From the IMG/VR virus record IMGVR_UViG_3300045970_000794, positions 248,001-312,000 of that record: DNA of 64,000 nt; one strand, 5' to 3'. The notes beneath the pieces were generated by a model. That model was not told where the DNA came from. It made no database searches and was given only the letters and a program-made list of their open reading frames with translations. Of the stretch, positions 1 to 10,162 are shown in pieces. Numbering within the stretch: the first letter of the stretch is position 1; each line of letters begins with the position of its first letter. Both the position numbers and the translations under genes were made by a program.

Positions 1-74
1 AAAGCATTTTTTATTTTACCAAAATTCTGCATAACATTTATTTATTAATAAATATTGTAATTACTCGAAAGAGC

Positions 75-2144
75 CTATATTTCTCTTAACTTTTTATTAA
101 TATCCTCAATCATATTGTTGATATTATCATTAATCTTTAGGTTTTTATCCGAAATCTTAGTAGTATGTTCACGAATTAATTTATCTTCTGGCACTTGTGA
201 ATTGATTAATCGGTCCATATACATCGATTGATACTTTGATGTTTTAGCATCTAATTTTTCACTAAGCAATTTTTTTTGCTCAGCTAATAATTTTTCAGCA
301 TTCTTTAATAATATTCTGTTAGATTCACCAAATGCTGGGACTTCAGTATCTTCAGCACCAGCTTCACCGCCAGCTTCTGTATCAGCACCAAATTCAGTTT
401 CTGCACCAGCTTCACCACCAGTATCTTCACCACCTTCAACAGGGGTTTCATCACCGAATCCACCACCCCCGAAGCCGCCTCCACCGCCGCCTCCACTAGC
501 ACCAGCATCACCACCAGCTTCTTCACCACCACCAACATCTTCACCAGCAGCAATTTTTTCTAAAGCTTTAGGGTCACCATAAATGTTGTCAACTTTATCA
601 AAGAAACCAGTTTGTTTAATAATAGAAGCTGTTTTAGCAAGTTCAGCAGCCGCAGCTTTTTCAATCCTTTGCTCAAGTAAATCTTGTTTAATTTCTTCAT
701 CACTAAATCCTAGGATTTCTTTTTTAGCTTTTGTCATTGACATTGCTTGGAAACCATTACCAGAATCACCAACTGCATCTCTATATAACGTGATTTTTTG
801 TTGTAAATGTTCAATTTTCAACATCTCAGCTTGAGTTGATGGGTTATTAAGTGTTAGAATGAAATTATCCAATTCATCATCAAAACCTAAAATGTATAAA
901 TGTATGATGGCAATTTTATTTAATTCCATCAATATAGCTTGTTGTATACGGTTAATTGTTCTAGAGAAACGAATATCCATCAATGCTAAATTTTTACCTT
1001 CACCAATAGCAGCATCAAAACCTAAAAATGGTTTTGGAATACGTAAAGCGGTAAATAATTTATTCTGTAAATATTCAATATCAGCAATTTCAGATAAGTT
1101 TGATGCACCTGGTAACGTATCAATTGGGCTTGGTGCGTTTTCATCACGAACTGGAACGAAAATATCTTGGTCTTGCCCTAGTTGATTATACCTTAAATCG
1201 ATTTGCCCTGTTGCTGAATCAACAACTGGTAAACGTTTGAATCTACTTGCAATCTCATTAACATAAGCTGCAACATCATTATCATCAATGTTACCAACAT
1301 ATATCTTATAAATTCTACGTTCTGGAGCTCTAGTAACACGATAAATTAACATCGCATCTTCCGATAACAATAATTGTTTCCAGATTCTACGAGCTTTTTC
1401 AAGTACTGATGTACCATATGGTAATTTTCTATCATCACCTAATAATCTGAAATGCGCTATTTGCCATGAATTGAATTCAACATCTTTGGTTTTCCAATAA
1501 AACTTAATCTTATTATCATACTCAGTTTTAGTACTATCAGAACCCATTACACGACTTCTAGCCAATAACATGTTATATAAATCACCTTCTCTACGTTCCA
1601 TTTCGAAATTAGGCATTTGTCTAGCACCAATAACGCCACCTTTTTCATCAACATTTAAAAACACAAAGTTATCACCATATTTACAAAGATTTCTAGCCCA
1701 TGCTGGTAAATTAGTATGACAATCTAAACGATTGAAGAATAAATCTTCCAATATTGTTTTAACTCTACTACTTTCAGAATAAATGTTTAGAATTTTACCT
1801 TTATCATTAGGTGTTGTTGATTCTTCCATCATAATATCCAATGCGGCCGCAATTTCTGGAAAAAATTCCATAGATTCAAAGTCACTATAAGAACCAATTC
1901 TAGTTACTTCATAATGAATTGATTGTTGATACATTTCTCCATCAACTTTTTGCCATAATTGGCTAAGATAACGATTTTGTTGTGCTTGTGTCTTAGCTAC
2001 ATCATATTCTTGTTTGGATGAAGTTTTTATAATTTCATCACGCCCAATACTATAACGATTAGTTTTTTCTTGAGGAACTTTAACACCTTCTGGACCAAAT
2101 ACTTTATTTAATCGTTGAAATACAGTTAATTTTTTTTCTGCCAT
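75..2144 (-). CDS. Portal protein (T4 gp20-like)
   Basis: YRVTRAPERRIYKIYVGN and AxIEYLQNKLFTALRIP motifs of gp20-type portals; next to TerL; Gly/Glu-rich C-terminal tail. Confidence 0.9.
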   Translation of the reverse strand: MAEKKLTVFQRLNKVFGPEGVKVPQEKTNRYSIGRDEIIKTSSKQEYDVAKTQAQQNRYLSQLWQKVDGEMYQQSIHYEVTRIGSYSDFESMEFFPEIAAALDIMMEESTTPNDKGKILNIYSESSRVKTILEDLFFNRLDCHTNLPAWARNLCKYGDNFVFLNVDEKGGVIGARQMPNFEMERREGDLYNMLLARSRVMGSDSTKTEYDNKIKFYWKTKDVEFNSWQIAHFRLLGDDRKLPYGTSVLEKARRIWKQLLLSEDAMLIYRVTRAPERRIYKIYVGNIDDNDVAAYVNEIASRFKRLPVVDSATGQIDLRYNQLGQDQDIFVPVRDENAPSPIDTLPGASNLSEIADIEYLQNKLFTALRIPKPFLGFDAAIGEGKNLALMDIRFSRTINRIQQAILMELNKIAIIHLYILGFDDELDNFILTLNNPSTQAEMLKIEHLQQKITLYRDAVGDSGNGFQAMSMTKAKKEILGFSDEEIKQDLLEQRIEKAAAAELAKTASIIKQTGFFDKVDNIYGDPKALEKIAAGEDVGGGEEAGGDAGASGGGGGGGFGGGGFGDETPVEGGEDTGGEAGAETEFGADTEAGGEAGAEDTEVPAFGESNRILLKNAEKLLAEQKKLLSEKLDAKTSKYQSMYMDRLINSQVPEDKLIREHTTKISDKNLKINDNINNMIEDINKKLREI

Positions 2145-2190
2145 AATATCTTTTTTATTAATTATAATCTTTTTTTAAATAAAATAAAGA

Positions 2191-2436
2191 CTATTTTACG
2201 TAATCACATGCAACATATGCTGACCTGTGTGTTATCACACCAACCAAATATGTATTATACACATAACTATTTGTATTATCATCACCTTGTGAATATGCTG
2301 TCGCATCACAACCTGTTTTAGGCCTTACATGACCAGTTGTTTTAGCACTTTTATCACTATCACTTGGTTGCCATTGGTAAACATACCCACGAGTAGGGGT
2401 CCTACCAAATATTTTTTTACTCTTATCTAACGCCAT
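2191..2436 (-). CDS. Hypothetical protein between terminase and portal
   Basis: 81 aa ORF co-oriented in the packaging cluster, ATATTTATA motif upstream. Confidence 0.6.
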   Translation of the reverse strand: MALDKSKKIFGRTPTRGYVYQWQPSDSDKSAKTTGHVRPKTGCDATAYSQGDDNTNSYVYNTYLVGVITHRSAYVACDYVK

Positions 2437-2459
2437 ATTAATATTATTTAATATAAATA

Positions 2460-4244
2460 TTATCTCATACCACTAAATAACCATAAGTAATCACCTTTAG
2501 GGTCTTGCATATTCTTAGATACGATTGGTGTGAACTTAGGTTTATTCATTGGCGTTTTGCTACCTTTTGGAACAAAACCAGTATTATATTCATCAGTAGT
2601 ATTTTTACCACCATTAACAACCCAGCTTTTTAGCATCGCCTTAGCTTGATTCTGGACTTTTTCTAAATTTTTAAATGAATGTTCTAACACCCATAATGCC
2701 ATACCTAATGCCATTAATAAATCATCGTGATGACCTTTCATATGGTCTGGCCTACCGTCACGATAAACAAATGTTTTCATTTCGGATGTTAATCTGATTG
2801 AACGTATTTTAACTAAATTCTGTCGGATGCTTTGTTCCAAATGCCCGATTAATGGTAAACGTATTGAATTTACTACTAAACCTGGTTTCTTATCATCATC
2901 CATCACGTGTTTAGCCAAATCTTTTTGGTCTAATAATTTATTACGTTCACTATAATGGATATTTTTATATTTCACTTCAATCAACTTCAATACTGTTGAC
3001 ACACCCCAACCACCAGTAACGTCAACTACTACATATGCATTATACAATAACCCATACTCTTCAACTATTTTTGCTAATAAATCTGGTGGGACTTTACCAC
3101 GATATTCAGCTACTTCTTCCATTGTCGTAAAATCGATAATAACAAAAGTTGAAAAATCGTCACCACCACCACTGGATACGTCAACACCCATTATGTAACG
3201 ATGACCTTCAATTGGTTTTTCCCAAATCCAAATTTCTTTTTTAATACCAGATAGATATTGTGGTTCTTTGCAATTATTTTTAACGTGGAATTCAATAAAT
3301 TCATCATCAATAACCTGACCCCCAGAACCTAGAAATGATACATCTAATTCTTGAGCAATCATTCGTTTATCACCATTCATACCACGACACATTGCTTCGT
3401 ACCATGAAGAAGTTGGTTTATAACCCGTATCTAATTTACTTTTATAGCTTTCAAATGTGAATTCCATTTCAGTGATTACTTCCTCACCTTTTAACCATTT
3501 TAAATCAATATTATAACGGTTATCTTCATACCACTTCATTTCAACAACATTAAAGTCATTATCACCTTTTAGCGAACCATCATATGATTTCCAATACAAT
3601 TCATCGTAACCATTTGGTGTTGAAATTAATGTTGCTTTACCCCCAGTACCTAGCGATGTTAGTGCGGCTCCGAATACTTCATCACCATTATCAATAAACG
3701 CAGCTTCATCCATAACAAGATATGTAGGAGTAAAACCCCTCAACGCATCTTTAGATGTTGCAACCGCTTTGATTTCACATTTATTTGGTAACATTAATTT
3801 TCTATTGGAATCAACTAAGAATATTGATTTTGCTTCTTTTTCAGCATCACCATAATAATCTTCACCCCAAACCCATCTAGGTAATTGTAATAGAAAATCT
3901 TTAATTTTGGCCAAAAATTCTTCGGCCATATCTCTTTTATTTGCTAATATAAGTATTTTTTCTGGACTTTCATCACTAGCAAAACCAACTTTTATCGCTA
4001 AATAAGCCGCCGTTGTGGTTGAAACCCCAGCTTGTCTTGGTTTTGTTACTAAATTAAAACGATGTAATTCATACGCTTGAATTATTTGTCTTTGTCTTGG
4101 AAATAAATAGAATTGTACGAATCCACCCCTACCTTCATTATATGTTTTATCGAACGTCTTAAAATAAGTTTCGATAGCATACGTTGGATTCATCAAACAT
4201 TTAGCATATTCTTGTAATATTTCACCACTAGTTAAATTATTCAT
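2460..4244 (-). CDS. terL: Terminase large subunit (T4 gp17-like)
   Basis: Walker A KPRQAGVSTT, Walker B LVMDEAAF, coupling motif STPNG, nuclease GVDVS and HDDLLMA. Confidence 0.95.
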   Translation of the reverse strand: MNNLTSGEILQEYAKCLMNPTYAIETYFKTFDKTYNEGRGGFVQFYLFPRQRQIIQAYELHRFNLVTKPRQAGVSTTTAAYLAIKVGFASDESPEKILILANKRDMAEEFLAKIKDFLLQLPRWVWGEDYYGDAEKEAKSIFLVDSNRKLMLPNKCEIKAVATSKDALRGFTPTYLVMDEAAFIDNGDEVFGAALTSLGTGGKATLISTPNGYDELYWKSYDGSLKGDNDFNVVEMKWYEDNRYNIDLKWLKGEEVITEMEFTFESYKSKLDTGYKPTSSWYEAMCRGMNGDKRMIAQELDVSFLGSGGQVIDDEFIEFHVKNNCKEPQYLSGIKKEIWIWEKPIEGHRYIMGVDVSSGGGDDFSTFVIIDFTTMEEVAEYRGKVPPDLLAKIVEEYGLLYNAYVVVDVTGGWGVSTVLKLIEVKYKNIHYSERNKLLDQKDLAKHVMDDDKKPGLVVNSIRLPLIGHLEQSIRQNLVKIRSIRLTSEMKTFVYRDGRPDHMKGHHDDLLMALGMALWVLEHSFKNLEKVQNQAKAMLKSWVVNGGKNTTDEYNTGFVPKGSKTPMNKPKFTPIVSKNMQDPKGDYLWLFSGMR

Positions 4245-4380
4245 AAGTTATACTTTTATACTATATAAGTATTTAGAAAAATAAAAATGTTGGTTTTATT
4301 AACTTTTACAATATTTCTTATATTTATTGTTATAACGTTGTATAAACAATTAATAATATTAAAATAAAAACTATTTAATT

Positions 4381-4755
4381 ATGAAAAATGAAACCATAAC
4401 AATTAGGATTGAAGATGAATTGAAAAATGATTTTCAATGTATTTGTAACGAAGAACATACTGATATGTCGGATAAATTATATGAGTATATTATTACTGAA
4501 ATTAAAGCCAAAAAAAATACTATAATTAATACTAATTTTGAAAATATATTTAAATCATTTGGTTATACTAATGTTTTCATAGTGAATTTAGTAATAAATA
4601 AAATAGATAATAAAGAATATCAATTAATGACATTACGATTATCACATGATTATACATTAAGTGATTTTTTAAAAGATAATCAAAATAAAAAAACTTATAT
4701 ATATTTATCTGGTTCAGATTTACCAATTATGATTAGATATTTTACAATTGATTAA
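4381..4755 (+). CDS. Ribbon-helix-helix (CopG-like) domain protein
   Basis: N-terminal TITIRIEDELKNDFQCIC..MSD pattern typical of RHH. Confidence 0.55.
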   Translation: MKNETITIRIEDELKNDFQCICNEEHTDMSDKLYEYIITEIKAKKNTIINTNFENIFKSFGYTNVFIVNLVINKIDNKEYQLMTLRLSHDYTLSDFLKDNQNKKTYIYLSGSDLPIMIRYFTID

Positions 4756-4760
4756 ATAAT

Positions 4761-5363
4761 ATGAAAACTGAAAAACAACAAATTCAATCACAAGAATCAC
4801 AACATAAATATTACATGAAAAATTGTGAAATTATTAAAGTTAAAAAGAAAAAATATTATAATGATAATCGTGAAACTGAGATTAAACGTAAAAGTGAATA
4901 TCAAAAGAAAAATAAAGAAAAGGTAAATGAATATAATCGAAAATATCGTGAAACTGAAAAATATAAATTATGGAAAATAAATAATAAAGAGAAAAATAGG
5001 ATTAATGATAAATTATCTGAAAATAATCGTTTAAAACATAATGCTTTATATAAGTTAAAACACAATATTAGGTCTTTAATTAGAAATTCATTTAAAAATA
5101 AAGAATTTAATAAAAAATCTAAAACAACTGATATACTTGGTTGTTCATTCGAAGAATTTAAATTACATTTAGAATCTAAGTTTGAATCATGGATGAACTG
5201 GGATAATCGTGGCTTATATAATGGCACACCAAATTATGGTTGGGATATTGACCATATTATTGCTCTTGCAACTGCATTGAGTGAAAATGATATAATTAAA
5301 TTAAATCATTATACTAATTTACAACCGCTATGTAGTTATATAAATCGAGATGTTAAAAGGTAA
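4761..5363 (+). CDS. HNH homing-endonuclease-like protein
   Basis: Lys-rich N-terminus, C-terminal WDIDHII..LNHYTNLQPLC..N. Confidence 0.75.
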   Translation: MKTEKQQIQSQESQHKYYMKNCEIIKVKKKKYYNDNRETEIKRKSEYQKKNKEKVNEYNRKYRETEKYKLWKINNKEKNRINDKLSENNRLKHNALYKLKHNIRSLIRNSFKNKEFNKKSKTTDILGCSFEEFKLHLESKFESWMNWDNRGLYNGTPNYGWDIDHIIALATALSENDIIKLNHYTNLQPLCSYINRDVKR

Positions 5364-5423
5364 TATCTCTCCCGATGTAAGCATATTGTATTATTTTATT
5401 AATAAATATGCGTAAAAACGTAA

Positions 5424-6173
5424 TTAGTACTTAAATGGCCAATTATCGGGGTCTCCTTGGGGTAATTTTGGGTCTACCATAGGGAATATAGTAAACTTAT
5501 CCACTGTATCCTTATCCGTCAATAAATTATAAAATAAATCATCACGACCATTATATGTTGATGACATAATCATTTGTCCACCACTTCTGAGTGAATTCGA
5601 TGCTACGTCAAACATTTCTGGGCCATTAATTAGGAATGCTGCATCTGAAATATAAACAATATCAGTCGTATAACCTCTAATTTCACCTGGGTTCACAACT
5701 GAAGTTATTGTACGACCACCAACACCAATAGATTTAATATTTTTATGTCTGAACTTTTCTTTATAATCATTAAAAAGATTATTCCGACTCATTAATATAT
5801 CGGCCATCATAGTGACTATCTGTATTAAATTATTACCAATAACTGATGTTGGTGAAATTATTATTACGTCATTACTATGATAATATGCTTGATAAATTAA
5901 ATAGACGCATACTATTAACCTTTCTCTGGTTCGTTGGTGCTTTGGTATTAGTATGTGCTTATTTGCCATTAGAAGGGTTAATAATACTAAATCTTGGTCA
6001 CCAAATTTATTAGATGATTTATCTAGTATTGTATTAAACTTATCTAATAAAAAATTAATACATTCATCCTTACCGATTGGTGTGAAAAATAATGCTGATA
6101 ATCTAATATTCTCAATAATTGTATCATTTAAAGTGATAAAACTATCGTTATTTAATTTTTCTAATAAATTCAT
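5424..6173 (-). CDS. Truncated, degenerate terminase-ATPase paralog
   Basis: IRGYTTDIVYISDAAFLINGPEMF..SSTYNG aligns with TerL LRGFTPTYLVMDEAAFIDNGDEVF..ISTPNG; no nuclease domain. Confidence 0.7.
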   Translation of the reverse strand: MNLLEKLNNDSFITLNDTIIENIRLSALFFTPIGKDECINFLLDKFNTILDKSSNKFGDQDLVLLTLLMANKHILIPKHQRTRERLIVCVYLIYQAYYHSNDVIIISPTSVIGNNLIQIVTMMADILMSRNNLFNDYKEKFRHKNIKSIGVGGRTITSVVNPGEIRGYTTDIVYISDAAFLINGPEMFDVASNSLRSGGQMIMSSTYNGRDDLFYNLLTDKDTVDKFTIFPMVDPKLPQGDPDNWPFKY

Positions 6174-6192
6174 TAATAAAACATTAAAGTAA

Positions 6193-6212
6193 AAAGCCCC
6201 TATTGGGGCTTT
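6193..6212. terminator. Intrinsic terminator hairpin
   Basis: AAAGCCCC-TATT-GGGGCTTT just after the 6216 stop. Confidence 0.75.
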
Positions 6213-6215
6213 ATT

Positions 6216-7463
6216 TTATAATCCGAAATCTGCTAAATCAATTCCATTAATACCATCCGAATCCAAATATTTTGTTTCTTCAAAGGTTTTTCTTCGTTCA
6301 TCAATAGCTTCATTGAATTCATCTTGTTTCATTTCTTTTTTAACTTGAGCAACAATATTGGTAATAATTTCTTTACCACTTGATGTTCCAGCGAAAATTT
6401 CTTTCATACTAGAATTGAACTCATCAACTGGTAATGATGCTAACTCCATATAAACTTGATGTTTAAGATTAAAATCTTCTGGTTCAAACAGTTTAGTAAA
6501 TCGTTCCCATAAAGCTGGTCCTAATCTCATATCCCATGGTTCAGCAGCTAAGAAATCAGCTTTACCTAATACATATTTTTGAATTTTCTCATCTTCTGGT
6601 AAACCATGTGATGATAATAATTCCATAGCACCTTTAGCTAATTCATGAATTAAAACTGGGAATATCAATGCTTGTGCATGAATCTTTGGTTTATCACCAT
6701 CTTTTTTAGGGAATTCAACACGTACAATACCACCTGGTACTCCACCCTCCATTTTATCAATAATGTAATACATATAATCAGCGGCCGCCATTGTTTTAGA
6801 ATATAAATTAGGGAGCCTAGGATTCATTTCAGATAATTCATTATCAACCATATGAAACATGTGGTGATTTTTCTTAGCGGCACCTTGAGTCATAGCATTT
6901 AATAATCTTCTTTTATAAACTTCAGCATTAGCGTTTTCTAAATCTTTATGACTCTTAAATTCCATACCTTCAACTGGTATTGGTTTAGGATTAAGTTTAG
7001 TACCTTCTAATGATATATTATCAACTAATTCAACTGTAATTTCAACATCTTCATCTGGTATATCAAACTCTTCACGAATCATTTTAATTGCTAATTCTTC
7101 AAGTTCTTTTCTATTAGCTTTTTCACTTACCATACAATCTTTAACCAATGGTAATTGAGCCGCTAATATCATTTCTGGTGTGATATTATCAGAATCAAAA
7201 TATTTTTTAGCATTTTTAACCACATCTTTGAATCTTTCACCAATAATTTTTTCTTCAAAATGTTGTTCATCACCTTCTGGAAATGCTGGGTGTTCACCCA
7301 ATGAGTGATTTCTACGTCTAAGCGCAATTTCTAATTCTGAAGCCATTCTTTCACTATGTTTATCATCATAAGTGATTCTAGATTCATTTAAATTATTATG
7401 ATTATTCTTAACATCGGTTAAGATTTTATCAATCATTTTTGAATATTTGTCTTGTTCTGGCAT
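6216..7463 (-). CDS. Hypothetical protein, probably virion/head cluster
   Basis: 415 aa ORF co-oriented with portal and TerL; no catalytic motif recognised. Confidence 0.7.
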   Translation of the reverse strand: MPEQDKYSKMIDKILTDVKNNHNNLNESRITYDDKHSERMASELEIALRRRNHSLGEHPAFPEGDEQHFEEKIIGERFKDVVKNAKKYFDSDNITPEMILAAQLPLVKDCMVSEKANRKELEELAIKMIREEFDIPDEDVEITVELVDNISLEGTKLNPKPIPVEGMEFKSHKDLENANAEVYKRRLLNAMTQGAAKKNHHMFHMVDNELSEMNPRLPNLYSKTMAAADYMYYIIDKMEGGVPGGIVRVEFPKKDGDKPKIHAQALIFPVLIHELAKGAMELLSSHGLPEDEKIQKYVLGKADFLAAEPWDMRLGPALWERFTKLFEPEDFNLKHQVYMELASLPVDEFNSSMKEIFAGTSSGKEIITNIVAQVKKEMKQDEFNEAIDERRKTFEETKYLDSDGINGIDLADFGL

Positions 7464-7466
7464 ATT

Positions 7467-8018
7467 CTATTTTTTTAAATTTTTAACTTTAATGGTTTCA
7501 ACAACCTTTAATTTGGTATTCTTTTCAATCAATTCAAGTAAATCCTTCTTTTTCATTTTAGGATTAACTTCAGTGCTTTCACCGATTGAAGTTGCCAAAG
7601 TATCAGCTATCATGGTTTTTAATTTATTAAGAGTATTACCATCCATCTGCAATCTTTTAATAAATTCATTAGCTATCGCTAGTTTATCTTTAGGTGCTTT
7701 AGCATTATTAGCAATTGCAACTAATGGCGCATTTTTATCTAATAACATGAAGAATTTTTCTGCTACTTGTGTTAATCCACCGAATTCTTGTTGGTTACTA
7801 GTATCAGTCGCTTGAGCTGGTATATCAGTAGCTTCAGACATACCAAGTGAATTTGTCACTGGTTTTGAAGAAGAAGCGTTATCATCAACCACATGTATTT
7901 CAGTACCAGGTTTTACTTTACTCTGAACATCCTTTACATCATTCTTAGTTGCATATACTACATCCTTAGTATCAGCTTCTTTTAGTTTCAACTTTATCTT
8001 TTCCTGTATGTTTTTCAT
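7467..8018 (-). CDS. Hypothetical protein
   Basis: ATG at 8018 (MKNIQEK) preferred over TTG at 8039. Confidence 0.65.
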   Translation of the reverse strand: MKNIQEKIKLKLKEADTKDVVYATKNDVKDVQSKVKPGTEIHVVDDNASSSKPVTNSLGMSEATDIPAQATDTSNQQEFGGLTQVAEKFFMLLDKNAPLVAIANNAKAPKDKLAIANEFIKRLQMDGNTLNKLKTMIADTLATSIGESTEVNPKMKKKDLLELIEKNTKLKVVETIKVKNLKK

Positions 8019-8418
8019 TTTTACTATTATTAAAGTCAAGTATTATATCTTTTTCATATAATTTATTAGTTACTGAACTAATAGGTTCAGCGAATCTGAA
8101 ACACATTCTAATATCTGGATATTCATCATATTCAGATATATCTTCCCAACCTAACGCAATTACATTGTCTATCGCATCCCACACAGCAAATGTATCACTA
8201 TTTTGGATTAGATTTAACTTAATATCTGATACTAATATCCCAATTTTTTTAACTAAATCTGCTCTAGGTGGTTCTGGATTTCCAGCGGCTGGGTAAACAT
8301 CCCAATCAACACCATCAACATCACTAGTTTTATCCGAAAATAAAAATTCGTATCGATATTGCCCTTCCCAAGTTTTACCAACTTCATTAATATAAATTAA
8401 AAATAATTCAGATTCCAT
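7972..8418 (-). CDS. Hypothetical protein
   Basis: 148 aa; start overlaps upstream stop (TAATG). Confidence 0.7.
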   Translation of the reverse strand: MESELFLIYINEVGKTWEGQYRYEFLFSDKTSDVDGVDWDVYPAAGNPEPPRADLVKKIGILVSDIKLNLIQNSDTFAVWDAIDNVIALGWEDISEYDEYPDIRMCFRFAEPISSVTNKLYEKDIILDFNNSKNEKHTGKDKVETKRS

Positions 8419-9524
8419 TACTTAATACTTGCTTTTGGGTCTGGATTTTCCTTAATTCTAGGAACTTTCCATGGTTTATTTCTTCTTGTTGGTTGACTAT
8501 CTGGTTCTTTAGTCTTAGTGTCTGGTTCTTTAACTGGTGTTTCAATTTCTGGTTCACCATTATCACTAGTACTATTACCTAATAAACTAAATACTTCCTC
8601 AACTGTTTCAGTTAGAAAATTTGCTTTATTGAATTTATCCATAATGATTTTTTCAACAAAGGTACTATAATTTTCACCAATTGGCAAGTTTTCTGCAATA
8701 TTTTGTTCATACTCAATAACAACACCATCTTCAGAATTCTCAGTTATATTAAGAAATGTTTTTCTAAACCATTTATAACCATATGTAACATCACCCGAAA
8801 ATGAATATACTGCGATATCATGTTTTCCATTAGGATATTCAGCCCAAACATATTGGAATTTCTTAGGACCATCTTGTGTATTGATAGTGAATGGTTGCTC
8901 TGTACCGTAATCTTTTAAATAACCAACATACATTTCACCCATTGGGTCCTTAGCTTCTGGTTCTATCCCATCAACTATCATATTTTCTTCAACGTCAGCA
9001 TCATTTGGTAATGCCTCATCACCGCTAAATGAATCTTCTTTATCATTGGTTGGTTCATCTGGATTATCAGTAGGTTCTGAATTTTCATCACCTTGGCCAG
9101 CTGTCTTAATTTTTTTGATTATTTCGTTTTGGTCTTGTCCATCCATATCACCAGTATGTGTTGCGGAAACAACTGAATTAACAGCGAATTTTTCTAGCTC
9201 AAAATCTGGTTGACCTTGAGTTTCACTATATTTTCTCATTGTGGTACCTAATTTACCAGCTAATTGTTGAATGAATTTTTTAGGGTCACTATCTTCGTCA
9301 GCTTCAACGCCAGCGTCAAATGGTTCATCTTCAAATGGCTTATCACCACCGTCTTCAGAACCGCCACCAAAATCACCTAAATCTTCGGAATTGTCACCAA
9401 AACTTGGTTCAGCATCTGGGGTATTTTCTTCACCGCCAGACATAAAATCAGCTGAAGGTGGAGTATCAGACTTTACCTTCAGCTTATATTTTAATTCATT
9501 GAGTTCTTGGACGGACTCAACTAC
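8418..9524 (-). CDS. Acidic low-complexity protein, C-terminal part of a probable -1 frameshift fusion
   Basis: Frame stays open from 9524 (VVESVQELNELKYKLKVKSDTPPSADF) into the Met at 9443. Confidence 0.7.
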   Translation of the reverse strand, partial: VVESVQELNELKYKLKVKSDTPPSADFMSGGEENTPDAEPSFGDNSEDLGDFGGGSEDGGDKPFEDEPFDAGVEADEDSDPKKFIQQLAGKLGTTMRKYSETQGQPDFELEKFAVNSVVSATHTGDMDGQDQNEIIKKIKTAGQGDENSEPTDNPDEPTNDKEDSFSGDEALPNDADVEENMIVDGIEPEAKDPMGEMYVGYLKDYGTEQPFTINTQDGPKKFQYVWAEYPNGKHDIAVYSFSGDVTYGYKWFRKTFLNITENSEDGVVIEYEQNIAENLPIGENYSTFVEKIIMDKFNKANFLTETVEEVFSLLGNSTSDNGEPEIETPVKEPDTKTKEPDSQPTRRNKPWKVPRIKENPDPKASIK

Positions 9525-9535
9525 TTTTTTTTTTT
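9499..9535 (-). other. Candidate programmed -1 frameshift site A_AAA_AAG with 3' hairpin
   Basis: 11 A then G; TTGAGT-N10-ACTCAA stem starts 4 nt downstream. Confidence 0.6.
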
Positions 9536-10162
9536 AATATCATCAAGTGATTCGAAAACATCCTCGATACCTTTTGGTAATACATGCATATTGCAATAGC
9601 CACCATCATCTTCATTTATAGCTTTAGCTATTGATGAACTTCTAGATTCAGTTTGATAAGTTGAACCACATTCGTCACAATCTTCTTCTTTCTCATTTTC
9701 AAGCTCTTCAACAACTTCAGTTACAGTTTCTTCGTCATCACAAGCTTCTTCTTCATAAACTGGATTTTCTTGTTCCATGTTTAATAAATGTTCATTAGCG
9801 AATGTATTGATTTCACTAGTAATACCATAAGATTCAGCAACTACAATAAGTTTACCATTTAAACGTTTAAGTGCTTTCGCATATGTTGGATAGGATTCAT
9901 CATGTTTATTTTGTAATCCACCAATATATTGAAAATCTTCGGTAACTAATGGTCCTTTTTTCTGAGCAGCAATTTTAATGAAATAGTTGTGATTTTCTCT
10001 AACTATTGCATAGATTTTACCATCGGCAGCTTTTTTAGTTAATTCTACCACTGAATTTCTAACACTTTCATTTATAGGAGTTAATTTGTGCATTAAATCT
10101 TGAATATGTTGAAGTTGCTCTTTACCCTTTAAACCTACTGGGTTTATTCTGTTTTGATTCAT
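9521..10162 (-). CDS. Hypothetical protein ending in IKKKK, N-terminal part of a probable frameshift fusion
   Basis: Ends ATT AAA AAA AAA AAG TAG. Confidence 0.75.
   Translation of the reverse strand: MNQNRINPVGLKGKEQLQHIQDLMHKLTPINESVRNSVVELTKKAADGKIYAIVRENHNYFIKIAAQKKGPLVTEDFQYIGGLQNKHDESYPTYAKALKRLNGKLIVVAESYGITSEINTFANEHLLNMEQENPVYEEEACDDEETVTEVVEELENEKEEDCDECGSTYQTESRSSSIAKAINEDDGGYCNMHVLPKGIEDVFESLDDIKKKK

Noticed and set aside
305-1185. Alternative-frame and antisense ORFs in portal, clpC, LRR, ABC and other long genes
   Set aside because: They are shadows of well-supported genes, with no starts, promoters or motifs of their own
9491-9523. TAG reassignment or readthrough (code 15, as in some Lak/crAss phages)
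   Set aside because: Genes are full length in code 11, and readthrough at 9521 meets TAA about ten codons later
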